Assembly (NCBI RefSeq): GCF_000284115.1
Contig: NC_017080.1
Coordinates: forward strand, 300,001-332,000
Length of the DNA stretch: 32,000 nt
Direction: 5' to 3'
Source: Phycisphaera mikurensis NBRC 102666
Lineage (GTDB): Bacteria; Planctomycetota; Phycisphaerae; Phycisphaerales; Phycisphaeraceae
Below are positions 23,284 through 32,000 of the stretch, piece by piece; within the stretch, counting starts at the first letter, position 1, and every line of letters begins with the position of its first letter. The position numbers and the translations under genes were made by a program. The notes under the pieces are model-generated. The model saw only the letters and a program-made list of their open reading frames with translations. It made no database searches and was not told where the DNA came from.

Positions 23284-23512
23284 CGCGGACCCCGGCCGGG
23301 ACGGTCGGCCTTCTGCACGTCTTCCGGAAGCGGCCGATGTCCGGGTGCTAGGCCTCTTGCGGGATGGGGAGCACGGGAGGTCGTCGCGGCGCGGCCACCC
23401 CCCGAGGGGCGTGGCACCTGGGAATCGCGAAAGAGCGAGAGTCTCGGGTGCCACGCCGCTTGCGGGGTGGCCATTGGGGCATCGGCCGCCCGGAGGTCGA
23501 CCGGATCGCATC

Positions 23513-24658
23513 TCAGGCGTCCATCGCGCACCGGAAGCCGCTGTTGGTCGTGCCCGAGTCCGGCGTGTTGCCGGTGCGTGCGCCGAGGCGGTAGCGGTTG
23601 CAGTAGCTGGCGTGGCAGAGGTAGCTGCCGCCTTTCTGCACGCGGTGGGTGAAGCCGCCGTGAACCACGCCCGCCCTCCCGTCGGTGCCCGGGCGGCCCC
23701 CGCGGTCGAGGTCGTCGTGGGGGACCGGCCCGATCGGGTCGGTCCGCGTCGCGTCCCGCGCCTCCGCGTGCCACACCGGGCAGAACCAGTCCGCGCACCA
23801 CTCCCAGACGTTCCCGAGCAGGTTGTGGAAGCCGTACGCGTTGGGCGCGTAGGCGTCGACCGGGCACGGCCCCGCGAAGCCGTCGGCCGCCGTGTCCTCC
23901 TCCGGGAAGCGGCCCTGGAAGACGTTGCAGCGGTGCTTCCCGCGCGGCTCCAGCGTCGGTCCCCAGGGGTAACGCTGCTGGGAGGTGCCGCCGCGGGCCG
24001 CGAACTCCCACTCGGCCTCGGTCGGCAGCCGCTTCCCCGCCCACGCCGCGTACGCGGCGGCGTCGTGCCAGGAGATCTGCGTCGCCGGGTGGTTCTGCCG
24101 GTGGCGCACGCCGCTCCGCGGGCCCTCGGGATGGGCCCAGTCGGCCCCGTCCACCGCCACCCACCAGGCCGCGCCGGGCACCTGCCGCCGGGCGGTCACG
24201 CGGCGCACGAACCTCGGCGAGAGGTGCCCCTGGAAGACGAAGCTCCAGCCGAACCGCTCGGCCTCGGTGACGAAGCCGGTCTCCGCCACGAAGCGGGCGA
24301 AGGCGGCGACGGTGACCGCCGTGGCGTCGAGCCGGAACGGCGACAGCGTGACCTCGCGGACGGGCCCCTCCCCGTCCGCGGGGAATCCGTCGGGCTCGTC
24401 GGTGCCCATCAGGAAGGGCCCGCCCGGCAGCGTGATCATCCCCTCCGCCGAGCCCGCCCGAGCGGCCCGCGCGGTCGGCGGGCGGTTCGCGGCCGCGGCC
24501 GCGGGCCGGCGGGCCCCGCAGCAGGCGGGGCGGGCGGTGGGCGTCGCGGCGGGATCGGGCACGGGAGCCAGCGTAGAGGGCCTCGGGCGCTGGATTCCCT
24601 GCCGGCTGCGGTCTAGCGTCGCCGTGGCGCCGGCGAACGGATCACCGGGCCGTTTCAC
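23513..24658 (-). CDS. Formylglycine-generating enzyme family protein (SUMF1/FGE-sulfatase domain)
   Basis: It carries LPGGPFLMGT, VTVAAFARFV..TG, HPATQISWHDAAAYAAWAGKRLPTEAEWEFAARGG, YPWG, GNVWEWCADW, KGGSYLC and RYR. The start is uncertain; ATG 24439 (MITLPGG) is the more conservative option. Confidence 0.85.
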   Translation of the reverse strand: MKRPGDPFAGATATLDRSRQGIQRPRPSTLAPVPDPAATPTARPACCGARRPAAAAANRPPTARAARAGSAEGMITLPGGPFLMGTDEPDGFPADGEGPVREVTLSPFRLDATAVTVAAFARFVAETGFVTEAERFGWSFVFQGHLSPRFVRRVTARRQVPGAAWWVAVDGADWAHPEGPRSGVRHRQNHPATQISWHDAAAYAAWAGKRLPTEAEWEFAARGGTSQQRYPWGPTLEPRGKHRCNVFQGRFPEEDTAADGFAGPCPVDAYAPNAYGFHNLLGNVWEWCADWFCPVWHAEARDATRTDPIGPVPHDDLDRGGRPGTDGRAGVVHGGFTHRVQKGGSYLCHASYCNRYRLGARTGNTPDSGTTNSGFRCAMDA

Positions 24659-24682
24659 CCACCCGACACAAGAAGAGCCACC

Positions 24683-25147
24683 ATGTCAGACCTCAACAAC
24701 GCCACGCTTTCGAAGATCAAGAGCCTCCACCAGATCAACGTGGACTCCATCGAGGGCTGGAAGCTTGCGATCGAGGAGATCGAGCACACCGAGCTGCAGA
24801 CCCTGTTCCGCGGCATCCTCCAGAACCGCGAGCAGCAGGCCGCGGAACTGGCCTCGTACCTGGAGAGCCACGGTGCCGAGGTCGACCACGACACCAGCTT
24901 CCTCTCGACGGTGCACCGGTGGTGGCTGGACGCGAAGGAGTCCATCGCCTCGAAGGACAACACCGCCGTGGTGGAGGAGGCCGATCGCGGCGAGGAGAGC
25001 ATCCTCAAGAAGTACGACGATCTGGTGAACGACGAGGCCGTCCGAGCTTCGTCCCTGCACCCGGTCCTGCAGCGTCAGCACGCGCAGGTCGACGCCGACC
25101 ACAACCGCGTGCACGCGATGAAGGAGCGCCTCCAGGCGGCCCGCTGA
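24683..25147 (+). CDS. PA2169/DUF2383-family four-helix-bundle (ferritin-like) protein
   Basis: The pattern L..L...N.DS..G......E.......LF.........A..L, followed by RGE....KYD, is typical of this family as I recall it. Confidence 0.65.
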   Translation: MSDLNNATLSKIKSLHQINVDSIEGWKLAIEEIEHTELQTLFRGILQNREQQAAELASYLESHGAEVDHDTSFLSTVHRWWLDAKESIASKDNTAVVEEADRGEESILKKYDDLVNDEAVRASSLHPVLQRQHAQVDADHNRVHAMKERLQAAR

Positions 25148-25183
25148 GCGGCGGGCGGCGACGCCCGAGCCTGAACCACGCCC

Positions 25184-25211
25184 CACGGCCGCCGCAAGGC
25201 GGCCGTGTTTT
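25184..25211 (+). terminator. Rho-independent terminator
   Basis: A 10-bp perfect stem, CACGGCCGCC/GGCGGCCGTG, with a GCAA tetraloop is followed by TTTT. It lies 37 nt after the stop at 25147. Confidence 0.8.
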
Positions 25212-25443
25212 CGTGCGCGTGCCCACGGAGGCGGGGCGCCGGGCGTGGGCGCTTTTCCACCACGCAACCCGGGACACTGGAACGATTTGACCGATCTGCC
25301 TCGCCCGCGATCCGAGGGGCGGGGGCCTATGCCGGTGGAACTATCCAAAAGTTGATAGGGTGCGGCGGGGTAGATCGGGGGATCTCCTACTTCCTCTTCC
25401 CCGCGAGTCCGCCTCGCCCGCCTCCTCCCGCTCGAAGCCGATC

Positions 25444-26436
25444 ATGACCACCGCCACCCTCCCCGACGACGCCGCGACCGCCAGCGAGTCCACCCCGAGC
25501 GCCCGCCCCCTCCGCTTCCACGCCGCCTTGTCCGCCGCCGAGCGGGCGACGCTGCGCGAGCTCCTCGCGGGGCCGTACGAGTACATGGAGGATGCGCTGT
25601 ACGACGAGCCGGACGCCGAGGAGCGGATCTTCGACGCCGACGTGCCGATCGGCCGCCCGAGCACCGCCTGGTACGGCCAGCTCGCGTACGAGCCCCGTGA
25701 CACGCCGCGCGGCTCGCGTGCGGAGAAGCTCCCGCTGCTCACGCCCGCCGAGGAGAAGGTCGCCTTCCTCCGCTTCAACTACTGCCGGTACCGGGCGGAG
25801 CGGGCACGCCTCGCGATCGAGGGCACGCACGTGGGGCTCCGCAAGGGCCGCGAGCTGCTGCACTGGCACCGCCAGAGCCACCACTGGCGTGAGCTCATCG
25901 CCGAGTACAACCTCGGCCTCGTGCTGGCGATGGCCCGCCGCCTGCCCTCCGGCCACGTCGACTATCCCGAGATGATCTCCGAGGGCAACATGGCCCTGCT
26001 CCGCGGCATCGACAAGTTCCGCGTCGACAAGGGCTTCAAGTTCAGCACCTACGCCTGCCGGGCCATCCTCAAGGCCTTCAGCCGCACCGGCATCAAGGCC
26101 TCGAAGATCAAGAGCCTCTTCCCGGTCGGCTTCGAGCCGGATTACGAGCGCAGCAACCACTCCGCCGAGAAGAACGCCGCGGAGGAGCGGGCCTGCGTGG
26201 AGGAGGTCCGCCGGATCTACGAAGACAACGCCGCGGACCTCTCCGAGATCGAGCTCTCCGTCGTCGAGAAGCGGTTCTCCTTCGACGACCCCGACCGCGA
26301 GAAGAACCTGACGCTGCAGCAGGTGGGCAAGATGGTCGGGCTCACCAAGGAGCGTGTCCGGCAGATCCAGATCGGGGCGATGGCCAAGATCCGCGAGACG
26401 CTGGAGGAGGAGTACCTGGAGGTCGGCCTGCGGTGA
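25444..26436 (+). CDS. Sigma-70 family RNA polymerase sigma factor with a roughly 110-aa N-terminal extension
   Basis: Region 2 is YNLGLVLAMARR...EMISEGNMALLRGIDKFRVDKGFKFSTYACRAI. The region 4 HTH is LTLQQVGKMVGLTKERVRQIQ. I place the start at ATG 25444. Confidence 0.8.
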   Translation: MTTATLPDDAATASESTPSARPLRFHAALSAAERATLRELLAGPYEYMEDALYDEPDAEERIFDADVPIGRPSTAWYGQLAYEPRDTPRGSRAEKLPLLTPAEEKVAFLRFNYCRYRAERARLAIEGTHVGLRKGRELLHWHRQSHHWRELIAEYNLGLVLAMARRLPSGHVDYPEMISEGNMALLRGIDKFRVDKGFKFSTYACRAILKAFSRTGIKASKIKSLFPVGFEPDYERSNHSAEKNAAEERACVEEVRRIYEDNAADLSEIELSVVEKRFSFDDPDREKNLTLQQVGKMVGLTKERVRQIQIGAMAKIRETLEEEYLEVGLR

Positions 26437-26530
26437 GGGCGCCGCGCGGGTGGCTCGTCGTCGCCGAAGGGCTCGCGGCCGTGCGGGCACTGGCGGCTCG
26501 GGCGGGGGTCGGAGCGCGCTGATTCCGGTC

Positions 26531-26559
26531 GGCTCCTCCGCCCGCGGGGTGGAGGAGCC
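26531..26559 (+). terminator. Stem-loop between the sigma factor gene and purD (terminator or leader structure)
   Basis: It has a 9-bp perfect stem, GGCTCCTCC/GGAGGAGCC, with no U-tract. It ends 18 nt before the purD ATG. Confidence 0.3.
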
Positions 26560-26576
26560 ACCTGTACCTTCCCCCC

Positions 26577-27914
26577 ATGCCCCGCAAGCCCACGCCCGAG
26601 CCGCCCGACGGCCCGCCCAAGACCGGCCCCGTCCACGTCCTTCTCCTCGGCGCAGGGGGCCGGGAGCACGCGATCGGGTGGAAGCTCAAGCAGGCGGAGC
26701 GCTGCGGCAAGATCTGGTTTGCACCGGGCAACGGCGGCACCCGGGAGGTCGGCACCAACGTCGACCTGCCCTTCGACCCGGTCAACACCAAGAACGTCGA
26801 CGCCATCGACCGCTTCTGCCGGGAGAACGGCATCGGCCTCGTCGTGATCGGGCCCGAGGATCCGCTGTGCGCCGGCCTCGCCGACCGCCTCGCGGCCCCC
26901 GGCCGCGCCGTCTTCGGACCCGTGGCCGAGGCCGCGAAGCTCGAGGGCGACAAGGCGTGGGCGAAGGACCTCATGCGGGGGGCGCTCATCCCCACGGCCG
27001 ACTCCCGCACCTTCACCCGCCACGAGCCCGCCCGCGCCTACGCCGAGGCCCGCGAGACGCCGGTGGTCGTGAAGGCCGCCGGCCTCGCCAAGGGCAAGGG
27101 GGTCCTGGTCACCCGCTCGGCCGAGGAGGCGGTTGCCGCCGTCGACGACCTCATGCTCAAGAAGAGCTTCGGCGGGGCCGGCGAGACCGTCATCATCGAG
27201 GAGCGCTTGGCCGGCCAAGAGGTCTCCGTGCTCGCGCTCGTCGACGGCCAGAACCTCCGCGTGCTCGACCCCGCCCAGGACCACAAGGCCGTCGGCGAGG
27301 GCGACACCGGGCCGAACACCGGCGGCATGGGCGCCTACTGCCCCACCCCGGTGCTCGACGAGAAGACCCTCCGGGTCATCGAGCGTGAGGTGCTCGTCCG
27401 CGCCGTCGACGCGCTGCGGCGGGGCGGCGTCGCCTTCCGCGGCGTGCTCTACGCCGGGATGATGCTCACCGCCGGCGGGCCCAAGACCCTCGAGTTCAAC
27501 ACCCGCTTCGGCGATCCGGAGACCCAGCCGCTCATGATGCGCCTCCGGGGCGATCTCCTGGAGCTCATGCTCGCCACCTGCGCCGGCACCCTCGACCAGG
27601 TGCCGCTGGACTGGGACCCGCGCGTGTGCGTGGGCGTCGTCGTCTGCGCCGGCGGCTACCCCGGCGCGTACCGCAAGGACGACCCCGTCGGCGGCATCGA
27701 CGAGGCCGAGGAGGACCCGGACGTCAAGGTGTTCCACGCCGGCACGAGGATCGATCGCGACGGCCTCCTGGTGACCGCGGGCGGCCGCGTGCTCTGCGTC
27801 TGCGCCCTCGCCGACGACCTCGCCACCGCGCGGGAGAAGGCCAACGCCGCCGCCGCGAAGATCCGCTTCCCCGGGGCGTTCTTCCGTCGCGACATCGGCG
27901 GCAGGGTTTCCTGA
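26577..27914 (+). CDS. purD: Phosphoribosylamine--glycine ligase
   Basis: It carries VLLLGAGGREHA, APGNGGT, IGPE.PL, VVKA.GLA.GKGV, GPNTGGMGAY and a RFGDPETQ ATP-grasp signature. Confidence 0.95.
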   Translation: MPRKPTPEPPDGPPKTGPVHVLLLGAGGREHAIGWKLKQAERCGKIWFAPGNGGTREVGTNVDLPFDPVNTKNVDAIDRFCRENGIGLVVIGPEDPLCAGLADRLAAPGRAVFGPVAEAAKLEGDKAWAKDLMRGALIPTADSRTFTRHEPARAYAEARETPVVVKAAGLAKGKGVLVTRSAEEAVAAVDDLMLKKSFGGAGETVIIEERLAGQEVSVLALVDGQNLRVLDPAQDHKAVGEGDTGPNTGGMGAYCPTPVLDEKTLRVIEREVLVRAVDALRRGGVAFRGVLYAGMMLTAGGPKTLEFNTRFGDPETQPLMMRLRGDLLELMLATCAGTLDQVPLDWDPRVCVGVVVCAGGYPGAYRKDDPVGGIDEAEEDPDVKVFHAGTRIDRDGLLVTAGGRVLCVCALADDLATAREKANAAAAKIRFPGAFFRRDIGGRVS

Positions 27915-27946
27915 GGCGCGGGCCGGCCGGGCTCGTACCGTCCGGC

Positions 27947-28666
27947 ATGCCCGAGGACCTCCACCTGCCGATGAGGACCTTCCTGCTGCCGGGGATCGCT
28001 TCGGACGCGGAGCTGCTGGAGCCGCAGGCGAAGCGGCTGGGCCCGGGGCTGGTGGTGCCGCCGTGGATCGAGCCCGAGGGCAAGCACGAGGCGCTGGCGC
28101 ACTACGCGGGGCGCTTCGCGGAGGGCCTGGAACTCCCCGCGGACGGCGGGCCGTACGCGCTGGGCGGGGTTTCGTTCGGCGGGATGCTGTCGCTGGAGCT
28201 GGCGAGGATCCTCGACCCGCAGCCGGCGTGCGTGGTGCTGATCAGCTCGGCGCGGAGCGGCGATGCGATCCCGCGGTCGCTGTGGTACTGGGAGAAGATG
28301 GCGGCGATCCTGGACCCTTGGTGGATGAAGGAGCTGTCGCGGGGCATCGCGCAGCCGCTCACGTGGGGCGGCGGCGAGGCGGCGGCGTCGGCGGAGCGGT
28401 TCCGGGCGATGGTCGGGCGGCTGAGCCCGGCGTTCTTCCAGTGGTCGGTGGAGGCGTGCGTGTCGTGGGAGGGGCCGGGCCCGCTGACGGAGTTTTTCCC
28501 GCCGATCGCGCAGATCCACGGCAGCGACGACGCCGTGGTGCGCTGCGTGCCAGAGCAGTGCGACGAGGTGGTGGAGGGGGCGGGGCACCTCATGAACCTC
28601 ACCCACGAGAGAACGGTGAACCGGTTCGTGTTCGAGGCGGTGAACCGGCGGATCGGCCGCCGTTGA
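27947..28666 (+). CDS. Alpha/beta-fold hydrolase family protein
   Basis: It has a nucleophile elbow GVSFGG and late HG.DD and GH motifs. I place the start at ATG 27947. Confidence 0.65.
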   Translation: MPEDLHLPMRTFLLPGIASDAELLEPQAKRLGPGLVVPPWIEPEGKHEALAHYAGRFAEGLELPADGGPYALGGVSFGGMLSLELARILDPQPACVVLISSARSGDAIPRSLWYWEKMAAILDPWWMKELSRGIAQPLTWGGGEAAASAERFRAMVGRLSPAFFQWSVEACVSWEGPGPLTEFFPPIAQIHGSDDAVVRCVPEQCDEVVEGAGHLMNLTHERTVNRFVFEAVNRRIGRR

Positions 28667-28753
28667 AGGGCCACCGCGTGCGGGGCCGCACCCGCCGGAG
28701 GGCGTTGGAGGGCGGTGGATCGCCGCGCGATCCGGGCGCCCGCTTGCGAAGCT

Positions 28754-30343
28754 TCAGCGGCGGACGGCCTCCTCGTAGGCCTCGACGACCCGCTCGGCGG
28801 CGCCCTCCCAGGTCAGCCCGCGGACCTGCACGCTCGCGTGGGCGCGGAGGGTGGCCCCCAGCGTCGGGTGGTTGAGGACGGCGAGGATCTGGTTGGCGAG
28901 CTCTTCGGTGTCCCAAAAGTCGACCTTCAGGGCGTGGTCGAGCACCTCCGACACGCCGCTCTGCTTGGACACGATCACCGGCACGCCGCGCTGGATGGCG
29001 TCCAGCGGGGCGATGCCGAAGGGCTCGGAAACCGACGGCATGACGTAGACGTCGGCGCGGTCGTACACGGCTTTGACGTCGTCCCCCTTGAGGAAGCCGG
29101 TGAACACGAAGCGGTCGGCGATGCCGCTTTCCTGCACGCGGGCCATCGTCTCGCCGAGGCGGTCGCCGCTGCCGGCGACGACGAAGGTGGTGTCGGGACG
29201 CTTCTCGAGCACGGCCCTCGCGGCGTCGAGGAAGTAGCCGGGCCCCTTCTGCGCGGTCAGGCGGCCCAGGAAGAGCACGACGCGGTCGTCGGGGGCGATG
29301 CCGGCGGTGCACGCGGGGGCGTCGTCGTCTCCGTCGGTCCGGCTCCGGCCGTCGGCGGGCGAGGCGGCGTTGTGGACCACCCGGATGCGGGCCGGATCGA
29401 CGCCGTAACGCCGCTCCAGCGCCTCACGCGTGCGCCGGGAGACGGCGAGCACGCGGGCGGCGCGGGAGAGGCCGATCCGCTCGATGTCGCGGACCGGGCC
29501 CGGGGCGTCGTCGCCCCCGGAGCGGTCGAACGCGGTGCTGTGCACGTGGGCGATCAGCGGGAGGCCCAGCGCATCGGCGACGGCGACCCCGGCGGGGAAA
29601 GTCGTCCAGTCGTGGGCGTGCACGGCGTCGAAACCGGGCTCGCCGGCGGCGGCGGCCTCTTCGGCGAGGCGGGAGGCGAGCTCGACGCAGGCGTCGGCGT
29701 AGCGGCGGGTCTGCCGGACGATCTCGGGGTCGCGGGCGGGGCCGGGTGCGCCGTCGGATTCGCCGGTTGGGCCGGCGGGACCGGCGTTCCCGGGGAGGTC
29801 CACGGCGGCGGCGCCTCCCCGGCCGGCGGCGCCCGGCGCGGAGGCGGAGGCGGTGCCGCCCCAGAGGCGACCACCGGCCTCGCCGGCGACGGTGCCCGCG
29901 CCGTCGGCCGGGCCCGAGGCGGTGTAGGCGGAGGGCAGGGGCGCATCGACACGCTCGACCGTGAGGCCGTAGGGCGCCTCGCGGCCGGCGGCGGCGGGCT
30001 CGCCGGCGGACGCGGGTCGGGGGACGCGCGGCGAGGAAGCGGCGGCCCGGCTGCGGGCGGCGCCGGCGTCGGCGAGGGCGGCGTCGGCAACCCGCAAGTC
30101 CGCCGCGGCGGCGTCGGGCGCGGGAGGTTCGGGAGCGTCGTCGCGGTCCGGCGCGGCGGCGGTCAGCACCGGGCCGCCGGGCCTGCCGACCTCCGCGGCG
30201 TGCTCGGGCAGGACGAAGGTCACGGCGACGCCGGCGTGGGTCAGCGCGCGCGTCAGGCCCTCGCACGCGGTGCCGATGCCCCCGGAGAGGTGGGGGGGAA
30301 ACTCCCAGCCAAGCATGAGAACGCGCATGATGATCCTTTCCAC
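28754..30343 (-). CDS. GT4-family (glycogen-synthase-like) glycosyltransferase with a roughly 180-aa low-complexity insertion
   Basis: The N-terminus reads MRVLMLGWEFPPHLSGGIGTAC. The C-terminal GT-B half has FLGRLT.QKG, VMPS..EPFGI..L(D/E)A. An alternative start lies at 30328. Confidence 0.8.
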   Translation of the reverse strand: MERIIMRVLMLGWEFPPHLSGGIGTACEGLTRALTHAGVAVTFVLPEHAAEVGRPGGPVLTAAAPDRDDAPEPPAPDAAAADLRVADAALADAGAARSRAAASSPRVPRPASAGEPAAAGREAPYGLTVERVDAPLPSAYTASGPADGAGTVAGEAGGRLWGGTASASAPGAAGRGGAAAVDLPGNAGPAGPTGESDGAPGPARDPEIVRQTRRYADACVELASRLAEEAAAAGEPGFDAVHAHDWTTFPAGVAVADALGLPLIAHVHSTAFDRSGGDDAPGPVRDIERIGLSRAARVLAVSRRTREALERRYGVDPARIRVVHNAASPADGRSRTDGDDDAPACTAGIAPDDRVVLFLGRLTAQKGPGYFLDAARAVLEKRPDTTFVVAGSGDRLGETMARVQESGIADRFVFTGFLKGDDVKAVYDRADVYVMPSVSEPFGIAPLDAIQRGVPVIVSKQSGVSEVLDHALKVDFWDTEELANQILAVLNHPTLGATLRAHASVQVRGLTWEGAAERVVEAYEEAVRR

Positions 30344-30361
30344 GGAGCGCCCCGCGGGAGA

Positions 30362-31183
30362 CTACAGAGGCGACGCCCGCTGGGGGGGAAAGCTCCAGCG
30401 GCCGCGGGCGGCGTCGAAGAGCAGCACCGCCGCGGCGGCCGCGGCGTTGAGCGAGTCGACCGGTCCCGGGGCCATCGGGATCCCGATCGCCGCGTCGGCG
30501 GCGGCCGCCCAGGTCGGCGCGAGGCCGCGGTCCTCGGGGCCGATGACCACCGCGACCGGGCCGCCGGTGGCCGGCGCCGGGCCGCCCCCGACCAGCGCTG
30601 CGTGGAGGGCGATGCCGCGGGCACGGAGGAAGGCGATCGCCGCTTCGGGCTCGGCCACGGCAACCACGGGGAGGTGGAAGACGGCGGCGGTGGAGTTGCG
30701 GACGGCCGCGGGGTGGAAGGGGTCGACGTGCGGGCCCACCGCGAGCACGGCGTCGCAGCCCGCGGCCGCGGCGGTGCGGACCATCGCGCCCAGGTTCCCG
30801 GGCTTCTCGGTGCCGACGGCGACGAGGTAGAGGCCGGCGGCGGCCGCCGGCGGGAGGTCGTCGAGCCGGGCACGCGGAGCCACGAACTCGCCGAGCAGGC
30901 CCTCGGGTCGCCGGTGCCAGGCGATCCTCTCGAAGACGGCGGCGGGGCAGGTCAGCCGCTCCACGCCCGGGGGTGCCGCCGGCACCGTTCGGCCGCCGAG
31001 CAGCTGGGGGCACGCCCACCAAGCGGTGCAGACGAGGCCGGCCTCGAGCGCCCGCTCGACCTCCCGCACCCCCTCCGCCAGGGCGACGCCGGCACCGCGT
31101 CGCTCCGCCGGCCGGCTGCGCCAGCGGACCAGCCGCTTCACGCGTGGGTTCGTCGCGGAGGTGATCGGCAGCGGCTCGGGCAT
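30362..31183 (-). CDS. TrmH/SpoU-family RNA 2'-O-methyltransferase
   Basis: It carries NPRVKRL, G.EKPGNLGAMVRTA.AAG, VVIGPE.RGL and IPM.G..DSLN. Confidence 0.8.
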   Translation of the reverse strand: MPEPLPITSATNPRVKRLVRWRSRPAERRGAGVALAEGVREVERALEAGLVCTAWWACPQLLGGRTVPAAPPGVERLTCPAAVFERIAWHRRPEGLLGEFVAPRARLDDLPPAAAAGLYLVAVGTEKPGNLGAMVRTAAAAGCDAVLAVGPHVDPFHPAAVRNSTAAVFHLPVVAVAEPEAAIAFLRARGIALHAALVGGGPAPATGGPVAVVIGPEDRGLAPTWAAAADAAIGIPMAPGPVDSLNAAAAAAVLLFDAARGRWSFPPQRASPL

Positions 31184-31214
31184 GGTTCAGCCGCGGGGCG
31201 GCGTGCCGGCGCGC

Positions 31215-32000
31215 TCAGTAGTGCAGGGCGCGGCCGTCCACCGCGAGCGCGGCCTCCTTCACGGCTTCGCTGAGCGTCGGGTGCGCGTGGACCGCCCGGC
31301 CGATGTCCTCGCTGGTCGCCCCGAAGGACATCGCGGTGGCGACCTCGGCGAGCAGGTCGCCGCCGCCTGGCCCGAGGATGTGGCAGCCGAGCACGCGGTC
31401 GGTTCTCGCGTCGCACAGGAACTTGACCATGCCGGCGGTCTCGTCGATCGCCTTGGCCCGGCCGTTGGCCATGAAGGGGAACTTGCCGGCGCGGTAATCC
31501 ACGCCGGCTTCCTTGAGTTCCTCCTCGGTCTTGCCGACGCTGGCGACCTCCGGGTCGGTGTAGACGATGCCGGGCATGACGTCGTAATCGAGGTGGTGGT
31601 GGCCGGTGGCGATCCGCTCGGCGACGGCGACGCCCTCCTCCTCGGCCTTGTGGGCGAGCATGGGGCCGGCGATGCAGTCGCCGATGGCGTAGATCGTCAC
31701 CCCGTCCTTCTCGGGGGAGGCCGTGAAGGCATCGTCCCCGTCGCCGGTGACGACGCGGCCCTTCTCGTCGCGTTCGACGCCGACGGCTTCGAGATTCAGC
31801 CCGTCGGTGTACGGCTTGCGGCCGACGGCCATGAGCACGCGGTCGCAGAGCACGTCGTCCTGGCCGTCGAGCTTGACGATCAGCGCGTCGTCCGCCTCCT
31901 CCACGCCGGTGACCTTGGCGCCGAGCACGAAGCGGAGGCCCTGCTTCTTGAACTCGCGGAGCGTCGCGGTGGCGAGCTCGCCGTCCATGCCCGGCAGGAT
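31215..32000 (-). CDS. lpdA: Dihydrolipoyl dehydrogenase, C-terminal part (5' end lies outside the window)
   Basis: It carries IYAIGDC..GPMLAHKAEEEG, YTDPEVASVG.TEEE and a HAHPTLSEA dimerisation-domain signature. The frame is open to the window end. Confidence 0.9.
   Translation of the reverse strand: MLPGMDGELATATLREFKKQGLRFVLGAKVTGVEEADDALIVKLDGQDDVLCDRVLMAVGRKPYTDGLNLEAVGVERDEKGRVVTGDGDDAFTASPEKDGVTIYAIGDCIAGPMLAHKAEEEGVAVAERIATGHHHLDYDVMPGIVYTDPEVASVGKTEEELKEAGVDYRAGKFPFMANGRAKAIDETAGMVKFLCDARTDRVLGCHILGPGGGDLLAEVATAMSFGATSEDIGRAVHAHPTLSEAVKEAALAVDGRALHY

Noticed and set aside
24440-24658. The 73-aa N-terminal extension of the FGE-family ORF, considered as a possible signal or Tat peptide.
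   Set aside because: It has no clear twin-arginine or hydrophobic signal pattern. The extension would leave only 24 bp to the divergent gene at 24683. The true start is probably 24439 or an internal alternative codon, so the start is kept as an uncertainty rather than a finding.

Overview
This is a high-GC (about 70%) bacterial chromosomal window. The gene style (FGE-type maturase, lipoprotein cytochrome c, long-form NrdJ, Ala/Pro/Gly-rich linkers) suggests a Planctomycetota/Phycisphaerae-like genome, but that taxon is a guess. All calls rest on motifs read by eye from the ORF track and DNA; no searches were run.

Most of the window is housekeeping: a sugar epimerase fragment, rmlC, glbO, rsfS, trpE, sppA, a tRNA with anticodon CAT, guaD, cytochrome c, dcd, nrdJ, FGE, a sigma factor, purD, a GT4 glycosyltransferase, a TrmH methyltransferase and an lpd fragment. 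Many long ORFs in the track are off-frame or antisense shadows typical of high-GC DNA and are not called.

The accessory region is about 1.3-9.6 kb, wedged between rmlC and glbO. It holds:
- a translationally overlapping SF2 helicase plus GIY-YIG/T5orf172 nuclease operon;
- a divergent two-gene module (unknown protein plus a fused XRE-HTH/ImmA-IrrE metallopeptidase) with a GATC-rich operator-like promoter region;
- a full-length MmeI-family N6-adenine methyltransferase/TRD protein. Its N-terminal PD-ExK motif appears degenerate (D..QTK instead of D..ExK), and its post-NPPY/TRD segment is a sharp low-GC mosaic block.

I interpret this as a candidate split, ATP-dependent restriction-modification-like defence system. 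It would be a functional analogue of single-chain Type ISP/IIL enzymes, under an XRE-ImmA switch.

Other notable items:
- a REP-like triple-hairpin repeat present twice;
- a 161-nt imperfect palindrome abutting the tRNA;
- a low-GC array of 10-bp phased repeats and a (CCCCCG)5 microsatellite in the nrdJ leader;
- a KAP-like P-loop NTPase with transmembrane helices between Walker A and Walker B.
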